From the human T2T-CHM13v2.0 reference genome, Homo sapiens, in assembly GCF_009914755.1 (NCBI RefSeq), contig NC_060926.1: 64,000 nt of DNA. One strand, 5' to 3'. The position numbers were made by a program, and so were the translations under genes. Positions 14,692 through 28,603 of this stretch are shown here, in pieces. Numbering within the stretch: position 1 is the stretch's first letter; each line of letters starts with the position of its first letter. The notes under the pieces are model-generated. The model saw only the letters and a list, made by a program, of their open reading frames with translations. It was not told where the DNA came from and ran no database searches.

Positions 14692-14830
14692 TAGTTGACC
14701 CTTGAATTTTGTGGGGTGTGAGGGGTACTGATCCCTGGTGTAGTCAAAAATCTGTATATAACTGGAGACCTCACCAGTAGCATAAAGTCTGTTAACACAC
14801 ATTTTGTATGTTATATCTATTGTATACTGT
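14692..14830. mobile_element. MER8/Tigger-family DNA transposon fragment
   Basis: tagttgacccttgaa...gtcaaaaatctgtatataact...ttaacacacattttgtatgttatat. Confidence 0.7.
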
Positions 14831-15042
14831 GGAGTCACCCTGGAAGCTTAAAAACTCAGGTGCCAGGTCCCTGTAATTGAGATTCGGAGTAAATGTTTTG
14901 TTTAGTCTTCCAGGAGAGTTTAAGGAGCGGCCAAGGTTAATAATCACTGGGCTAGAGCCTTTTTATCATTTTAATAAAGAGAAACATGTAGTTCATTTGT
15001 AAAGAATGGGAAGATAATCTTTTGATAATAGCATCATTGCCG

Positions 15043-15160
15043 ATTTTTTTTTTTTTTTTTTTGAGAGATGTGGGTCTTGTTGTCCTGGACTCAAGCTGTA
15101 CCCCCCGCCTCAGCCTCCTGAGTAGCTGGGACTGGAGGCACAAATCATTGCATCTGGCAT
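15043..15160 (-). mobile_element. Alu monomer fragment (FLAM-like)
   Basis: poly-T then gagagatgtgggtcttg...cctcagcctcctgagtagctgggact. Confidence 0.8.
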
Positions 15161-15343
15161 TCTTGAAATTTTTAATAGAGAAATATGCTCTGACAGTGAT
15201 ATACTAGAGACATAAGTGCATTTATAATGATGTAAGTTTCATTAGGTAGATACTTCGGGTTTTTGGTTTTAAATCAATACTGACAGTTCCCTAACTTGTC
15301 TCCCAATGCTTTGTGTTTCTTTTTTTTTCCATGTTAATTTTAG

Positions 15344-15420
15344 TATGGTTTCAACATGGTCATGTCTCATCCACACGCTGTCAATGAGATTGCACTAAGC
15401 CTGAACAACAAGAATCCCAG
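15344..15420 (+). CDS. FMNL2: FMNL2 coding exon (77 bp)
   Basis: ttttag|TAT GGT...; YGFNMVMSHPHAVNEIALSLNNKNP(R); donor CAG|gtaagc; phase 0 to 2. Confidence 0.96.
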
Positions 15421-15871
15421 GTAAGCTGCTTTTGTAGTACGCAAGTCTAAATCTATCTAGAGAAAACAGAGGGCTAGTCAACACTTAACCAAGTTTGACT
15501 TTGGAAACTTTCAAGTGTTAATCTCTGAAATAAGATTGGCTATAAACTCTTTGGCTGTGTAAGAATTTTTCCTTTTAGCCAAGTTACATTCTTAGATGGG
15601 CCAGAGTTGAGCAACTGGTGACAATTCTAGCCCTTCACTGTTCTCCTCAAGCTTTTGTTCTTTTGAGGCCTGGTTTCCAGCATCCTTGCTGCTAAATTTG
15701 GAGAGGATCAGGTTGCCAGGACTCGGGGGCCAGGAGAGTCTTGATAAAGATTTACGTATATCAGTTATTGCTGGAAGCTAGCTAAAACCACCATCCTTCG
15801 TCTACACTTCGCTTGATAACTTTACATATGTAGCTTTAATTACTGAACAAAAATAGAAAAATAATTGTAGT

Positions 15872-16231
<360 letters not shown>

Positions 16232-17411
16232 CTAGCAGCAGATATAATTCACATCACACATTAGTCGTAAAAGCCAGTCTTCATCAATTGTAGTTATTTT
16301 AATGTGCTTTCCATTTTGGTGAAGTATTCTGTACTTCAAATGTGCAATTCCTTTTCATCCAATACCTCTCTGTAGACAAAATATCTGAAAACTGTTAATT
16401 CAAAAATCTGTTTATAAATTAGCCATTTCTGATTTGGAAAATGCAACACGAACTATCAAGTCCTCTTTACTGAATATTATTCTTTCAAACTTCCCCTGAT
16501 TAAACCTTTTGTGACTGTGCGATTCCTTCCTTCGTTTACTAGAGTCCTAAGTAGCCATGCTTCTGTGTCTCTGCCTTCTACTACAGGGAAGACATTATTT
16601 TTTAAAAGACAATTGACATTGTGGAGTATCAGAACAGTTTTTGTTTAGAAGTTGGTGAAAGCTGTTATTCCAGAAAAAAAATGAAATACTTAAGTGGTCT
16701 TATGATTGAAGAAACAATGCTGTTTCTTTCTTGACATTGAATTTGAAAACTTAGAGTGTATCTCCATGTTCTCCTTCCAAAAATATTTCAGATTGAGTTT
16801 TATTTTCTTGAGTCAAAGAAAATATTCTTGTGTTAGTAAAGCTAGTAAAGCTGTAATCCAGCTCCTTCCAGTTGTCCTGCATAGGAAGAAGAAAGGACAG
16901 AAACTTGTATTTTCGTGGGAGATTTATGGATCTGTCCCTACATGAGCAGATTTGAAATGTAGAACATGAGTTTCAGTTGATTTTGAACTTTTTTTTTTGC
17001 AAATGTTCTCTCACTGTCTCTAAAACCAGAGCAAATACTTAATCAATAGTTTGTTTTTCAGCATATTCCCATTCCCTTTGTTTTTAGCGTACCAGTAAAC
17101 ATTTTTCATCTGTATTGTACTGAGTCACCTGATGATAGGTCTAAGAGATTATTCTTCTCAGAACTAGTTTTCATTAGTGAGTGATTTGTCTTTTTGGTAA
17201 GTATACCTTCCAAATTTGCCATCTTAGACAAATCACATATGTAGTAGTCAGTAAAGGTTTAAAAATGTACTTTGATTAAACTGTACCTTAGTAAAATTTT
17301 TTAAAAATGTAAGGGCAAATGTTTTATTCTCATGTATCTTGGAAGGAAGAAACAGCTGACTCATCATGCCATTTTCACTGATTTGTGTTTTTCTTCTTCT
17401 TGTTTTGGCAG

Positions 17412-17505
17412 AACAAAAGCCCTTGTCTTAGAACTGTTGGCAGCCGTTTGTCTTGTCAGAGGCGGGCATGAAATCATTTTATCAGCATTTGATAACTTTA
17501 AAGAG
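17412..17505 (+). CDS. FMNL2: FMNL2 coding exon (94 bp)
   Basis: ttggcag|A ACA AAA...; (R)[31 protein letters not shown]; donor GAG|gtaggc; phase 2 to 0. Confidence 0.96.
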
Positions 17506-18047
17506 GTAGGCTACACTATAGTTTTCATAAGAATACTCACACATCTTACATTTGGACATCTTTGAACGGAATTATTTACCTTTTCATTTATCCTAGGGCC
17601 TAAGGAATATAATAGTTAATTTCTAAGATCTCACTGAGAGGAATGTAATGAACTTAGTCTAAATTTGGTATCTTATTTCTAGGATAAGTTAAAAATAATC
17701 ACAGTACTCTTTTTTTGTTGTTGTTGTTTTTGTTTTAATTTTTATGTTTTTAGGGAACATGGAATAATCCAGTTTGAAAACCGGTTTTGTTACATGTATG
17801 TGGTTTTCATTGGGGTTGATATTGGCACTTGATCATCCACCATGCAAATTTTATGAACTCTTTCATCACAGTTACTTTATTTTTGCTGGATGCTATGAAA
17901 AACCTGGCAAATACTGGCACTGATTCTGGGAGCGTGTAAGCTTAAGTGGGCTTGTCACAGCCAAACAATAATGCAACAGTTGAGCATGGTTGGAAACGGA
18001 GACTGTCTGACCACAAAGAAAGGAGGGATTACACAAAGACAATATGA

Positions 18048-18123
18048 CGCCGCGGGCCCTGCCCCAGCGTATCCAAACATCACCGCCGCGGGCCCTGCCC
18101 CAGTGTATCCAAACATCACCGCC
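18048..18123. repeat. 36-bp CpG-rich tandem repeat, about 2.1 copies
   Basis: cgccgcgggccctgccccagYgtatccaaacatcac x2 plus cgcc. Confidence 0.95.
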
Positions 18124-18424
18124 TAGATAGTAGCTGCTTTCCCACAGGGTAGTGGGCAGTGTTGTAGGACCAAGAAGAGTACCTGTTTGTTCCCCTGGTA
18201 TATGCCTGACATCAGAGGCTACTTTGAGGTGAGAAATTACAAAGTAGTCCTTAGAGAACAGGTGGAAGCCCAGGTTACAATAGGACCCTTCGCCAAGTTG
18301 TGTGTTATGCTAGAAGTCCCATTTAATTCCAAATGCTTTTGGATTAAGACCCGAGCTGGATTAAAATCCAGGTCACAGAGGGACTGTTTTCTCTCCTCTT
18401 TCCTGAAAGGTTCTGAACTAGAAA

Positions 18425-18625
18425 CTCTGATAGTATTTATTGAGAACCTACTATATGCCGGGGCTATACCAGCTACATGCATGGCATCATTTGGTTCTAT
18501 AAGAACATCTTTGAGACAAATATTAATATCTTGATTTTAGCGAAATTGAAATACATAGTTTACCTGTGGTCACATAGCTAGATAAGTGACAGAGCCAGGA
18601 ACAGGACTTGGTGCTCCTGATCCTG
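18425..18625. mobile_element. MIR fragment
   Basis: gtatttattgagaacctactatatgcc...ggtcacatagctagataagtgacagagccagga. Confidence 0.7.
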
Positions 18626-19774
18626 AACTTCCTTGAAATGTGTTGAAGTTGTGGCCTTATTGTTTGTGAATCCCTTGAAGGAAATAAGGGAAATACTGAA
18701 ATGAGACAGGACTTCGGAGCTATTTCCCCTGCCTCCTACCTCCTTAATTGGATTTACTGCCCAGCTGCCAAATGTTCTAGACACCAGCCTGTGAGCCTCT
18801 GCATAGGCTGGGAAGCTTCAAAGATGTGAACAGGGCAGACACTCCTCTTGCTCCTTTATTTGCATTGCCTCCTTACTGCTAGTCCATTCTTTAAGATTTT
18901 GATATTATCCATTTTGTAAATGCCAACTGTGGAGACAACCAAATATTATCTTTTTTTTTCTTTCTATTGAGCCCCAAAGATAGTGAAAAAATATCCAGCT
19001 TCCAAGAGAATGAAGAAGAATAATAGTGAATCTTTAAATTCATATTCTGGCTTCCAAGACAAATAGATTTTAGAGACAAGAATGTACGAATGCTTGTCTG
19101 TGAATGTTTTTATATATCATGTATAAATATATAAATTTTACATTTATAAATAAGGAAGTATGTTTGGGTGGATGGGTTTAATATGAAAGAGAAACAGTAT
19201 GTGCAGCTCATATAACGCCCAAATCTTTATCATTAGGTCATATTTGAAAATATTGCATGCTGAGTACTTTTCACATTGGAAACATTTACTATATAGTTAT
19301 CAGTGGCCCTTGTTATAATGACTCATATTATAACAGGAATCTGATTATACTGCAGGTCAGATTATATCCTAAAGATATATTTGTATAGAACAAGAATAAA
19401 AGCCAGGAATTCATGAGATGAATGATAATATTTTTTTCTCCTAGGTAAGATAGAGTACCTTTCTTATGCATAGTAGGCCCACAGATACTTGCAGAATTGA
19501 GTTTTAACTCTTTGGTGTCAGACTTATATATGCTTTAGCTATTTAGGGTGTAGTATGTGCTTAATTGAAGAAAAATGTAATCCTAAGTCTAATACCTGGA
19601 CAATAGTAATGAGAACTAAATTACTTTTGACATTGAATTCTTAGAGCTTTAACCAAAACTGGCCTCATTTCTGTAATTAATCAGGAGTGATGGTAGGTCT
19701 TCAGGTACTGTCCTTGGCATAGGCATTTGCATCTGATAGAAGGTGATAGCAGTGGGCTAGGGGAGGTCCTCAAA

Positions 19775-20331
19775 TGCTGGTGGGACCCCAAACCCTGCTG
19801 GTGTCTAGGCGCTTGACATCCTCACAAGAATGAATTCAAGTATGAGTTAGAAAATAGTGAAAGTGTGGAGATTTATTGCAAAGCAAAAAGTACACACTCA
19901 AGAAAGGGGAGTGTGGGCATGCTTGAGAGAGTCACACAAGGTGGTTTGGGGCTGCTACCTTTATGGATTTCTTTAACCAAGGGATGGAGTATTCACGGAG
20001 ATTCCTGGAAGAAGCTGGAGATTTCTCAGAACTATGGTGCTACCCATTTTTACCTCAAATAACGATGTTCTGGAACTGTCATGGCACTGGTGGGTATATG
20101 ATTGAATATGTGAATGAGCATAGAATAAGGTCCTAGGAGAAACCTGGATCAAATCCAGCACCATGTTGGACCCAGTTTGTCTTTGCCAGCTTGGCCCACA
20201 CCCTGTTTTTCAGGGTCTTATCAGCCCCAAGCTTCTGCAGCTATTTCAGCAGTTTCCTTTTGCTTAGTCATGTGAAACTGCTGCCTAGAATTTTTTATTC
20301 TGCTGCAACCATCCTGCATTATTCTTGTCTA
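19775..20331 (-). mobile_element. ERV1-class (MER4-group-like) solo LTR
   Basis: aagaatgaattcaag...gagatttattgcaaagcaaaaagtacacactcaaga; AATAAA on - strand near 19872; subfamily not resolved. Confidence 0.7.
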
Positions 20332-23259
20332 AAAACCATATAGACAGACCAAGCAAATGGATTATTATCCTAATAGCCATGGGAATGAAGACAAGGTAGC
20401 AACATGCCCCCGACAAACTTAGTTGTTATAGATAGGTCAGAAGAGCCTCAACCGATTTATCCAATCTTGAGGTGCAAAAGGTGTTATTCTGTGTTGATCT
20501 TGCTTTCTAAAACATGCAATGCCGCTCACAGCTCAAAGTCTCTTAAATCCCTTCCTCTTTTTCTCCCATCTTTGCGTGAGTGAATTTTTTTTTTTTCACA
20601 TCATAGTAAAGTGAATTCTTTAACCTCTTTAACCAAAATGTCATTGGAATCTTCTGGTTTTATAATAATATTCATTATTATATTCTGGCATGCCTGTGCA
20701 GATAGGGTTTTGTTCAGTGAATAATTCCTTTTGAGCCACATATGGCAGAGAGAGTACCATACCAGGTACCAGGATACCAGGAAGGAGGACCAAAGAAGAG
20801 TCTTTGCCTTCGAGAAGATTGTTTTTAAAGCTTTTCATCTTTTTTAGTAAGTTGGGATTCCATTCATCTGCCTAAGAAGGATGAAAGGATTATCTTTGTT
20901 TTTATTGGCAGGAATGAGGGGTGAAGTAGGGGAGTTCAACATCTATTTTTTGCAAATAAAGTAATATGCTTTAGAGTAGCCAGATCCTTTGGGCTTTGAT
21001 CACTGTTAGAGCATAGCCAAGCGTACTAACGCAATATGGAACCAGATGCTAGAAAGACATTTAAAAGGCCATGTATCTTAAGTAGTTTATGTAGCAGGAT
21101 TTTTCCCCCTCTACCTCTTGAGCCAATAAATCCATTCTATCTAATTTGACCACCACTAATTAATTAGTTCAGATGTAAATTAAAGGAAGTTATTATTTGG
21201 CTGTTGAAAGATTTTTATGTATGACTACATCATTTTCTCATGTTTTGATGAATATTTAGAATCCCAATCTTATATTTTTTTTCCTTAAAAAATCTTGCTA
21301 CAAATCTTGTAATAGCTGAAGTGCATGTTTTAGGAAGGCAGGGAGCACCTTTAGTTTAATGGTATGTGATGGTGGCAAGAATGTTAACCCAAAGCTTTGC
21401 TTATGGTGGGGGTGGGATTGGGGTCTAAGCCTGATGTCACTGAGCAAACACATACATGGCTTCAATGTACATGATGACAAATGAGTCTTAATTACATGAA
21501 TACAGATAGTAAGCTTATACTGTGCGTGGTTTGTGACATGCCTGAAAACATGAGTGTATTGAGTAGATGAAGACTAAATCATTAACAGTCAACCATTGTG
21601 CTCCTTGAATTCTTTTTTCCTTAAAAAACAATTTTTTAAGGGGATTAACACATCTGGTTTTGTGTTGAAATATCTCTTAACGAAAATTTATGGTCTTGAA
21701 ATAAAGACCAGGGTGAGAAAAAGGAGTCATCTATTTTTTCTTATTGGCTAATTTATTAATAGCCCCATGGAAGGACATATGACCATCTTACCTAAATTGA
21801 TGTTTTCTTAGTTGTGTGGCAGTGTATATTTTTGAGCCCCGAGACTACCAAACAGAAAAAAATACATTTGGAAGTAAAAACCACCCTTTGGATATTTATA
21901 TTAGTTCAGAGTCTTCTTTGCAAGAAGCAGAAACTGACTCTAACACATAGAGGAAAGGGTTGATCGAAAAGATGTTGAGAAAAGCACAGACTTGACAAGG
22001 AGCCTGGAGAACCAGGCTTGGAAAATGGGCAGGCATTCCTAAAATGTGGCTATACTCTGGCTCTGCCTTTGAAGCTGCGCCACCAGAAATACCATTTGGG
22101 GTTCTGGTCATGCTTTTTCTTCTCTTCCAAATGACATGGACCATAGCTAGCAATCTGCTGGCTCATAAAACTCTTATCTACTGGTTAAGGACCTCAACCA
22201 GTCCCCACTTCAGATTTCTAAACACTACGCTTCATCTCATTACCAAGGGGAACCTTGAAGTCTTCAACCTAGCTCTTGCTCTCAACTTTTTCTTAGTCTT
22301 TTTACTTTTTCCATTATATTCTTTGATATATTTGAGAAAATGGCTTGCTTTTAAAAAGTGTCTCCAAAGGTTTGGCAAAAAAAAAAAAAAAAATGCTTCC
22401 TTCTGAAGTCAAAGAGGAAAAGTACTGAGGCCCTGTAGACTCTACAGTGGAACAGCCACTATGACATGAGTAATAAAATCCTCTGAGGGCTTTGAGGCAC
22501 CAGCTCTCCCAGGCTGCTGGGAGGTGCACCTGGAATTCATCAGGATTTCGGATCAATTATAACTGTATTCTCATCTGCTTCTGTAATGACAGCATCTGGC
22601 TTTAGCAAAAAAGCCTGAGTTTGGTTATTAAAGGCTCAACTCCCTCCCACTTTTGACCTTCCAGTACAGAAAGATGGAGCCTTGTTGAATGAGTCACTCG
22701 AGGCCACCAGCACTCTTGTGCACAGCACTCTTGGCAGTAGTTGTTCTTTTTTCTGCCTGTTGCTAGAAGGCTTCCTAAGAAAGCTGATGTGTGGTTTAGC
22801 TACTGGGCATCTGAAGGCACTCGTGCTACACATTATTAAGTTGAACTAAGAAAGCCTGTCAAGTTTTATTTATAGTGGACCAAATTGGGCAGGAAGGAGA
22901 GTGAAGATTTTGGTGTGCTTCCAGCATCCCTCTGAGTTTAATCCCATGTAATCTAACCTCCCAAGCATTTGAGGGTATAGGATTGTAAATCTAGCATGAG
23001 ACCATCCAGATAACTTCCTAAGTGGTAAAGTAAGGGTACTCACATTTTTCAGTCTCTCATTGAACTATAAGCAATGTATTCTCTCAAGTCTCAAACTGTA
23101 GGAGCCACAGCCGTAGAGCATGTATGTATTTCATGGTATCAGGCCAGAATTAGATTGATCTAATTAACCAAGATTCTTCTTGACTGGTCCTCCTCCTTAG
23201 CATTAGGAAGCAAAGTCCTAGTCTTAATGTGGTGTTAGTGCTGCTGAGTAACTTTTTTT

Positions 23260-23850
23260 GTCTGTTTATCAACTGTTGCAATTTTTTGCTGTGGATACGA
23301 AAGTACCCCACACTTCATTTTTTTAGGCTCCTGGCTTCTGTGGGTCAGGAAGCCAGGCTGGCATGGCAGGGATTGTCTCTTCTTTGTTTTGTCTGGGGCC
23401 TCATCAGGGAAGACCTGATTGACTGGGGATGCCAGTCCATCTGGAGGCTCTTTCACCCACATACCTAGTTTTTGAGCTATGATACCTCTCAAGGACTGGG
23501 CCCAGCTGGGACTATCAACCAGAGAGCCTCCATGTAGAACTCCACGTGGCTTGGGCTTCTCACAGCATAGCATCTGGCTTCTGAGGGAGAGTGCCCCAGG
23601 AAGGAGCATCTGAAGAGCCACCATTCAAAGAGCCAGAGGCTGCTGAGTGTCTTCTGAGCTGGTCTTAGAAGCCGTGTAGTGGTCACTTCTGCCATGTTAT
23701 CTGGGTTCCCAGTGAGGCCCTGAGCCCAACCCGGATGCAAGGGGAAGGCAATGGCTTCTCTTCTTGATGATTGGCCGTCGGGTTACTGTGCAGAACATGT
23801 GGGGTGGGAGAGAGAGCTGTGGGCTCATAGCATTGTAGTCTGTATACCTC
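23260..23850. mobile_element. MLT1 (MaLR) LTR
   Basis: ttctgtgggtcaggaa...tgggcttctcacagcatag...ggtcacttctgccatgtt motifs typical of MLT1F-H. Confidence 0.7.
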
Positions 23851-24199
23851 AGTAAGTCTCGTACCTCAGTAACTGTATGAGATTTACCAAAATGTTTATT
23901 GTTATTCGTCTTTCATTTTCTCCCTCTTCTTTACTCAATCCAATACTTGGTTTTTCCTTTTGACTGAAAACTTTATAAACTTTTTGATTGGAGATAAAAA
24001 AGATAGTTTTTAATTCTTTCATGTGAATCTACTATGGGCAAATGATATTGTGAGAGCCTTCCCTAGAGAAAGGAGCCATTTTCATAGGATGTCCAAGTTT
24101 ATTTTCTGGTAATGAACTAGTTATTTCTTTACCATTAGTGTCTTTAACATCTGGTTAAGGGAATGAAGGCTGGTATCCTCCTGATTGTTAAGGGATGAG

Positions 24200-24510
24200 T
24201 CATACTCACTTACTGAAAAAAATGTGAGTGCTTTCTATGTGTCAGAAACATTGATAAATATTGGAATATGAAAATGAATCAGACATATGCCCTGCCTTTA
24301 AAAGAGAGCCTCCCAGGCTAGTTGAGGAAGCAGATAAATACTTCCACAGTTGTAATACCAGGCTTTATAAAGGTAATTGCAAGATGCTCTGCAAAGAAGA
24401 GGAACAGCTGACCAAGACAAAGTAGGGCTGGAGGCAGATGGGGAAAGAGCTCTCAAGGAGGCTCCTTATAGGAGAGGGTGCCTGAACAGAGTTTAGGGTG
24501 AACAAGGTTA
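24200..24510 (-). mobile_element. L2 3'-end fragment
   Basis: gagtgctttctatgtgtcag...aatgaatcagacatatgccctgcc. Confidence 0.6.
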
Positions 24511-24516
24511 ACCAGG

Positions 24517-25066
24517 TGTATTCCTTTCCCATTGCTGCTGTAACAAATGACTACAAACTTAGTGGCTTAAACCAACACCAGTTTATTATTCTACAGTTCT
24601 GTAGACCAGAAGAATAAAATGAGTGTATAGGGTGGTAATCTCTGAAGGCTCCAGGAGAGATTTCATTTCCTTGGCCTTGTCAGCTTCCAGAGGCCACTTA
24701 GATTCTTTGGCTTCCAGCCCCTTCCTCCAGCTTTAAAGCCAACAACATAGCATCTTGTCTCTGTCTCTCTGCTTCTATTGACACATTGCCTTTTCTCTCT
24801 GACTTCTCTGTCCTTCTTCCTTTAAGGACCCTTGTGATGACATTGGGCCCATCCATAATAATCTAAGACAGTCTCCCCTCCTGAAGTCCCTTAATTTGAT
24901 CATACCTTTGCAGATATCATCATACCTTTGCAGATATGATCAAATTAAGGAACTTCAGATGGGGAGATTATCTTTTTATTGTATAAGGCAGCATAGTCAA
25001 CAGGATCAGGAATTAGCATGTGGACATCCTGGCGGGTAGGAGGAACACATCATTCAGCCTGTCACA
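24517..25066. mobile_element. MLT1 (MLT1B/C-like) LTR with internal rearrangement
   Basis: tgtattcctttcccattgctgctgtaacaaatgactacaaacttagtggcttaaa...cattcagcctgtcaca. Confidence 0.85.
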
Positions 25067-26307
25067 CCAGATAAAAAGGAGTGAGGATGTCATTTTATAC
25101 CAAGAAGGTAGTATTTTAATAAAGCTTCAAGGACTTTAGTTTGCCCCGAATCTCCAGTTTTAAAGAGCTTAGGGCATGGGAAGAGAAAAATTGGGATAGG
25201 AAATTAAAGGGAGATCAGAAAAGGCCCCCTTGCTTATCCCAGGCTCTTCGTAGTGCCACACAGCCTAAAGGGAGCAAATATGCTCCCCAGTCACATTGGC
25301 TGTTTAGATTGACTCTATTAATAAAGAATTTGCTCATATGTTTTGTTCTGAAAGTCAATTAACAGTGGGCTCAGCATGCAGTTGCTTTGATAGAGCAGGG
25401 TGTGTTTGGGGTCTGAGATTTGTTTCAGAAATCTTACCATTCATATTTCTCATTCCTTGGGCTCCTTTCTCCACCGAGAGTCATCTGCTTCATCAGCTGC
25501 CGTATTCATTTACTTATCACGTCTTCAGGACTGCCCTTTTTTGGTGGTCCTGGGGGAGCTTAAAAAAAAAAAAAAGAGGAAGTACAGCAGGGTAACAGTG
25601 CCCAGAGCCAGACCAGATTGTCACATTATCTGTTGTACAAATGTAGAGATGCTTTGCTTCACAACTTGACTTTAATTAGACCCCTTCTGCTCCACGCAAG
25701 CCTGAGTACAATTTTATGCAATAGGGAACCTCATCCTCTATTTTAAATGTAGCAGCCACTTAAAAAAACAAACAAAAAAAACAACAAAAAAAACCCAGGG
25801 TGTTAGGGTGTTGCTGCCGTGTTATTTCTATTCCTATAAAAATGCCGCTTCTAAAATGCATGCCCTTTGCCAACTATAAAAGTTGGCATATGTGCCCTTA
25901 TTTCATATTCTTGGAAGATAACGAGGAGAACCCCAAGAGAAAGCAGTGAGAGCTGAGTGTTATTTTAAACCCTGCAGAACTTGAGACAGAGACTGGTACT
26001 GTTCCCTAAACATGAGCTTTCACTTGGGAAGTATTTCTTTGACATTTTGATATTGTCTGGTTTAAGGTACAGAAGGACACTATGAAGCACTCTGCTGTGA
26101 GCTGATCAGAAAATCGGAGTCAAAACTATGACAGCTTTGGCAATATCACCAAGTCTAAAAAGCATTTGAATGGAAGTTTTCAGTCTCCGGGCAGGATTTG
26201 ATTGCCATTCTGGCATTTATTTCGTGAAAGGCCTATTTAAGGATCTTCTTGGTTTGCTCTTCCTGTGTAAAGGAGCTGCTTCCCTGCTCTTCTACTCCCT
26301 CACTCCT

Positions 26308-26390
26308 GGACCTCCTGGGCTCAAGTGGTCCTCCCACCTCAGCCTCCTGAGTAGCTGGGACTACAGGCATGTACCACCACACCTGGCTTT

Positions 26391-26446
<56 letters not shown>

Positions 26447-26667
26447 GTATGTATATGTATATGTATATGTATGTATATGTATATATATACACATATACAT
26501 ATATATATACATATACATACATATACATATATATATATATAATTTCTTGTGGAGACAAGATCTTGCTATGTTGCCCAGGCTCATTTTGAACTCCTGGCCT
26601 TAAGCAGTCCTCCTACCTTGACCTCTCAGAGTTCTAGGATTACAAGTGTGGGCCACCATGTCTGGCC
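26308..26667 (-). mobile_element. AluJ-like element whose middle linker carries a (TA)n/(TATG)n/(TACA)n microsatellite (about 26390-26540)
   Basis: Reverse Alu right-arm part, about 150 bp of alternating pyrimidine-purine repeat, then left arm. Confidence 0.9.
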
Positions 26668-26759
26668 TTCTAGCTGCTTTTTAAAGTAGTTTTATATTGA
26701 GTAAAAATAAAAATTATTGTTTTTATGTGTCATGGAATTCTTGATTATAGCTTATTTTA

Positions 26760-27117
<358 letters not shown>

Positions 27118-27405
27118 TCAACTATAGCTGTTCAAATAGTTATGAAGTGCTGGATATGTTAACCAGGAAGAAGGATAAGATAAATCATATATAAATAATA
27201 TATATGTGTATCAGTGTGTATGCATGTTTGTCTGTATATTTGTACATTAAATATATGTGTGTGTATAATAGGAGTAAGTGTAAAGATATATGTGTGCACA
27301 GTAATAAGCCCTAAAAGGAAGCAAATGAGAGGATTTGGAGTGGCACTGGGACAACTCCTTTGTGTGTGTTTATTTCTGTTGCTTGGACTGTTTGGTAAGT
27401 AATAA

Positions 27406-27790
<385 letters not shown>

Positions 27791-28005
27791 TCCCTCTGGT
27801 AATATTTTATATGGCTAGATTTGTCTTTTCTAAAGATGCTCAGTTATCTTTTGTGTAACATCTCTCCAGACTACCACCTTTTCTTCAAAACTGTGAAACA
27901 GAATCAGAACTGTTTGGAATTGCCAGCAGACTGTTGAGCAAATATACTTTTTACAGTGACCCCGTTACAGGGTTAGGGGAGTTTGTTAGAAAATAAAAGG
28001 TTTCA

Positions 28006-28603
<598 letters not shown>

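Noticed and set aside
18048-18123. 36-bp repeat as a CRISPR-like array
   Set aside because: Copies are head-to-tail with no spacers, and the context is a primate intron.
25868-25889. Short hairpin tgccaact-ataaa-agttggca (and a similar one near 63698-63716)
   Set aside because: Stems of 7-8 bp are expected by chance in 64 kb.
26170-26589. YIYIYI/YTYTYT ORFs
   Set aside because: Translation of the (TA)n microsatellite within an Alu.
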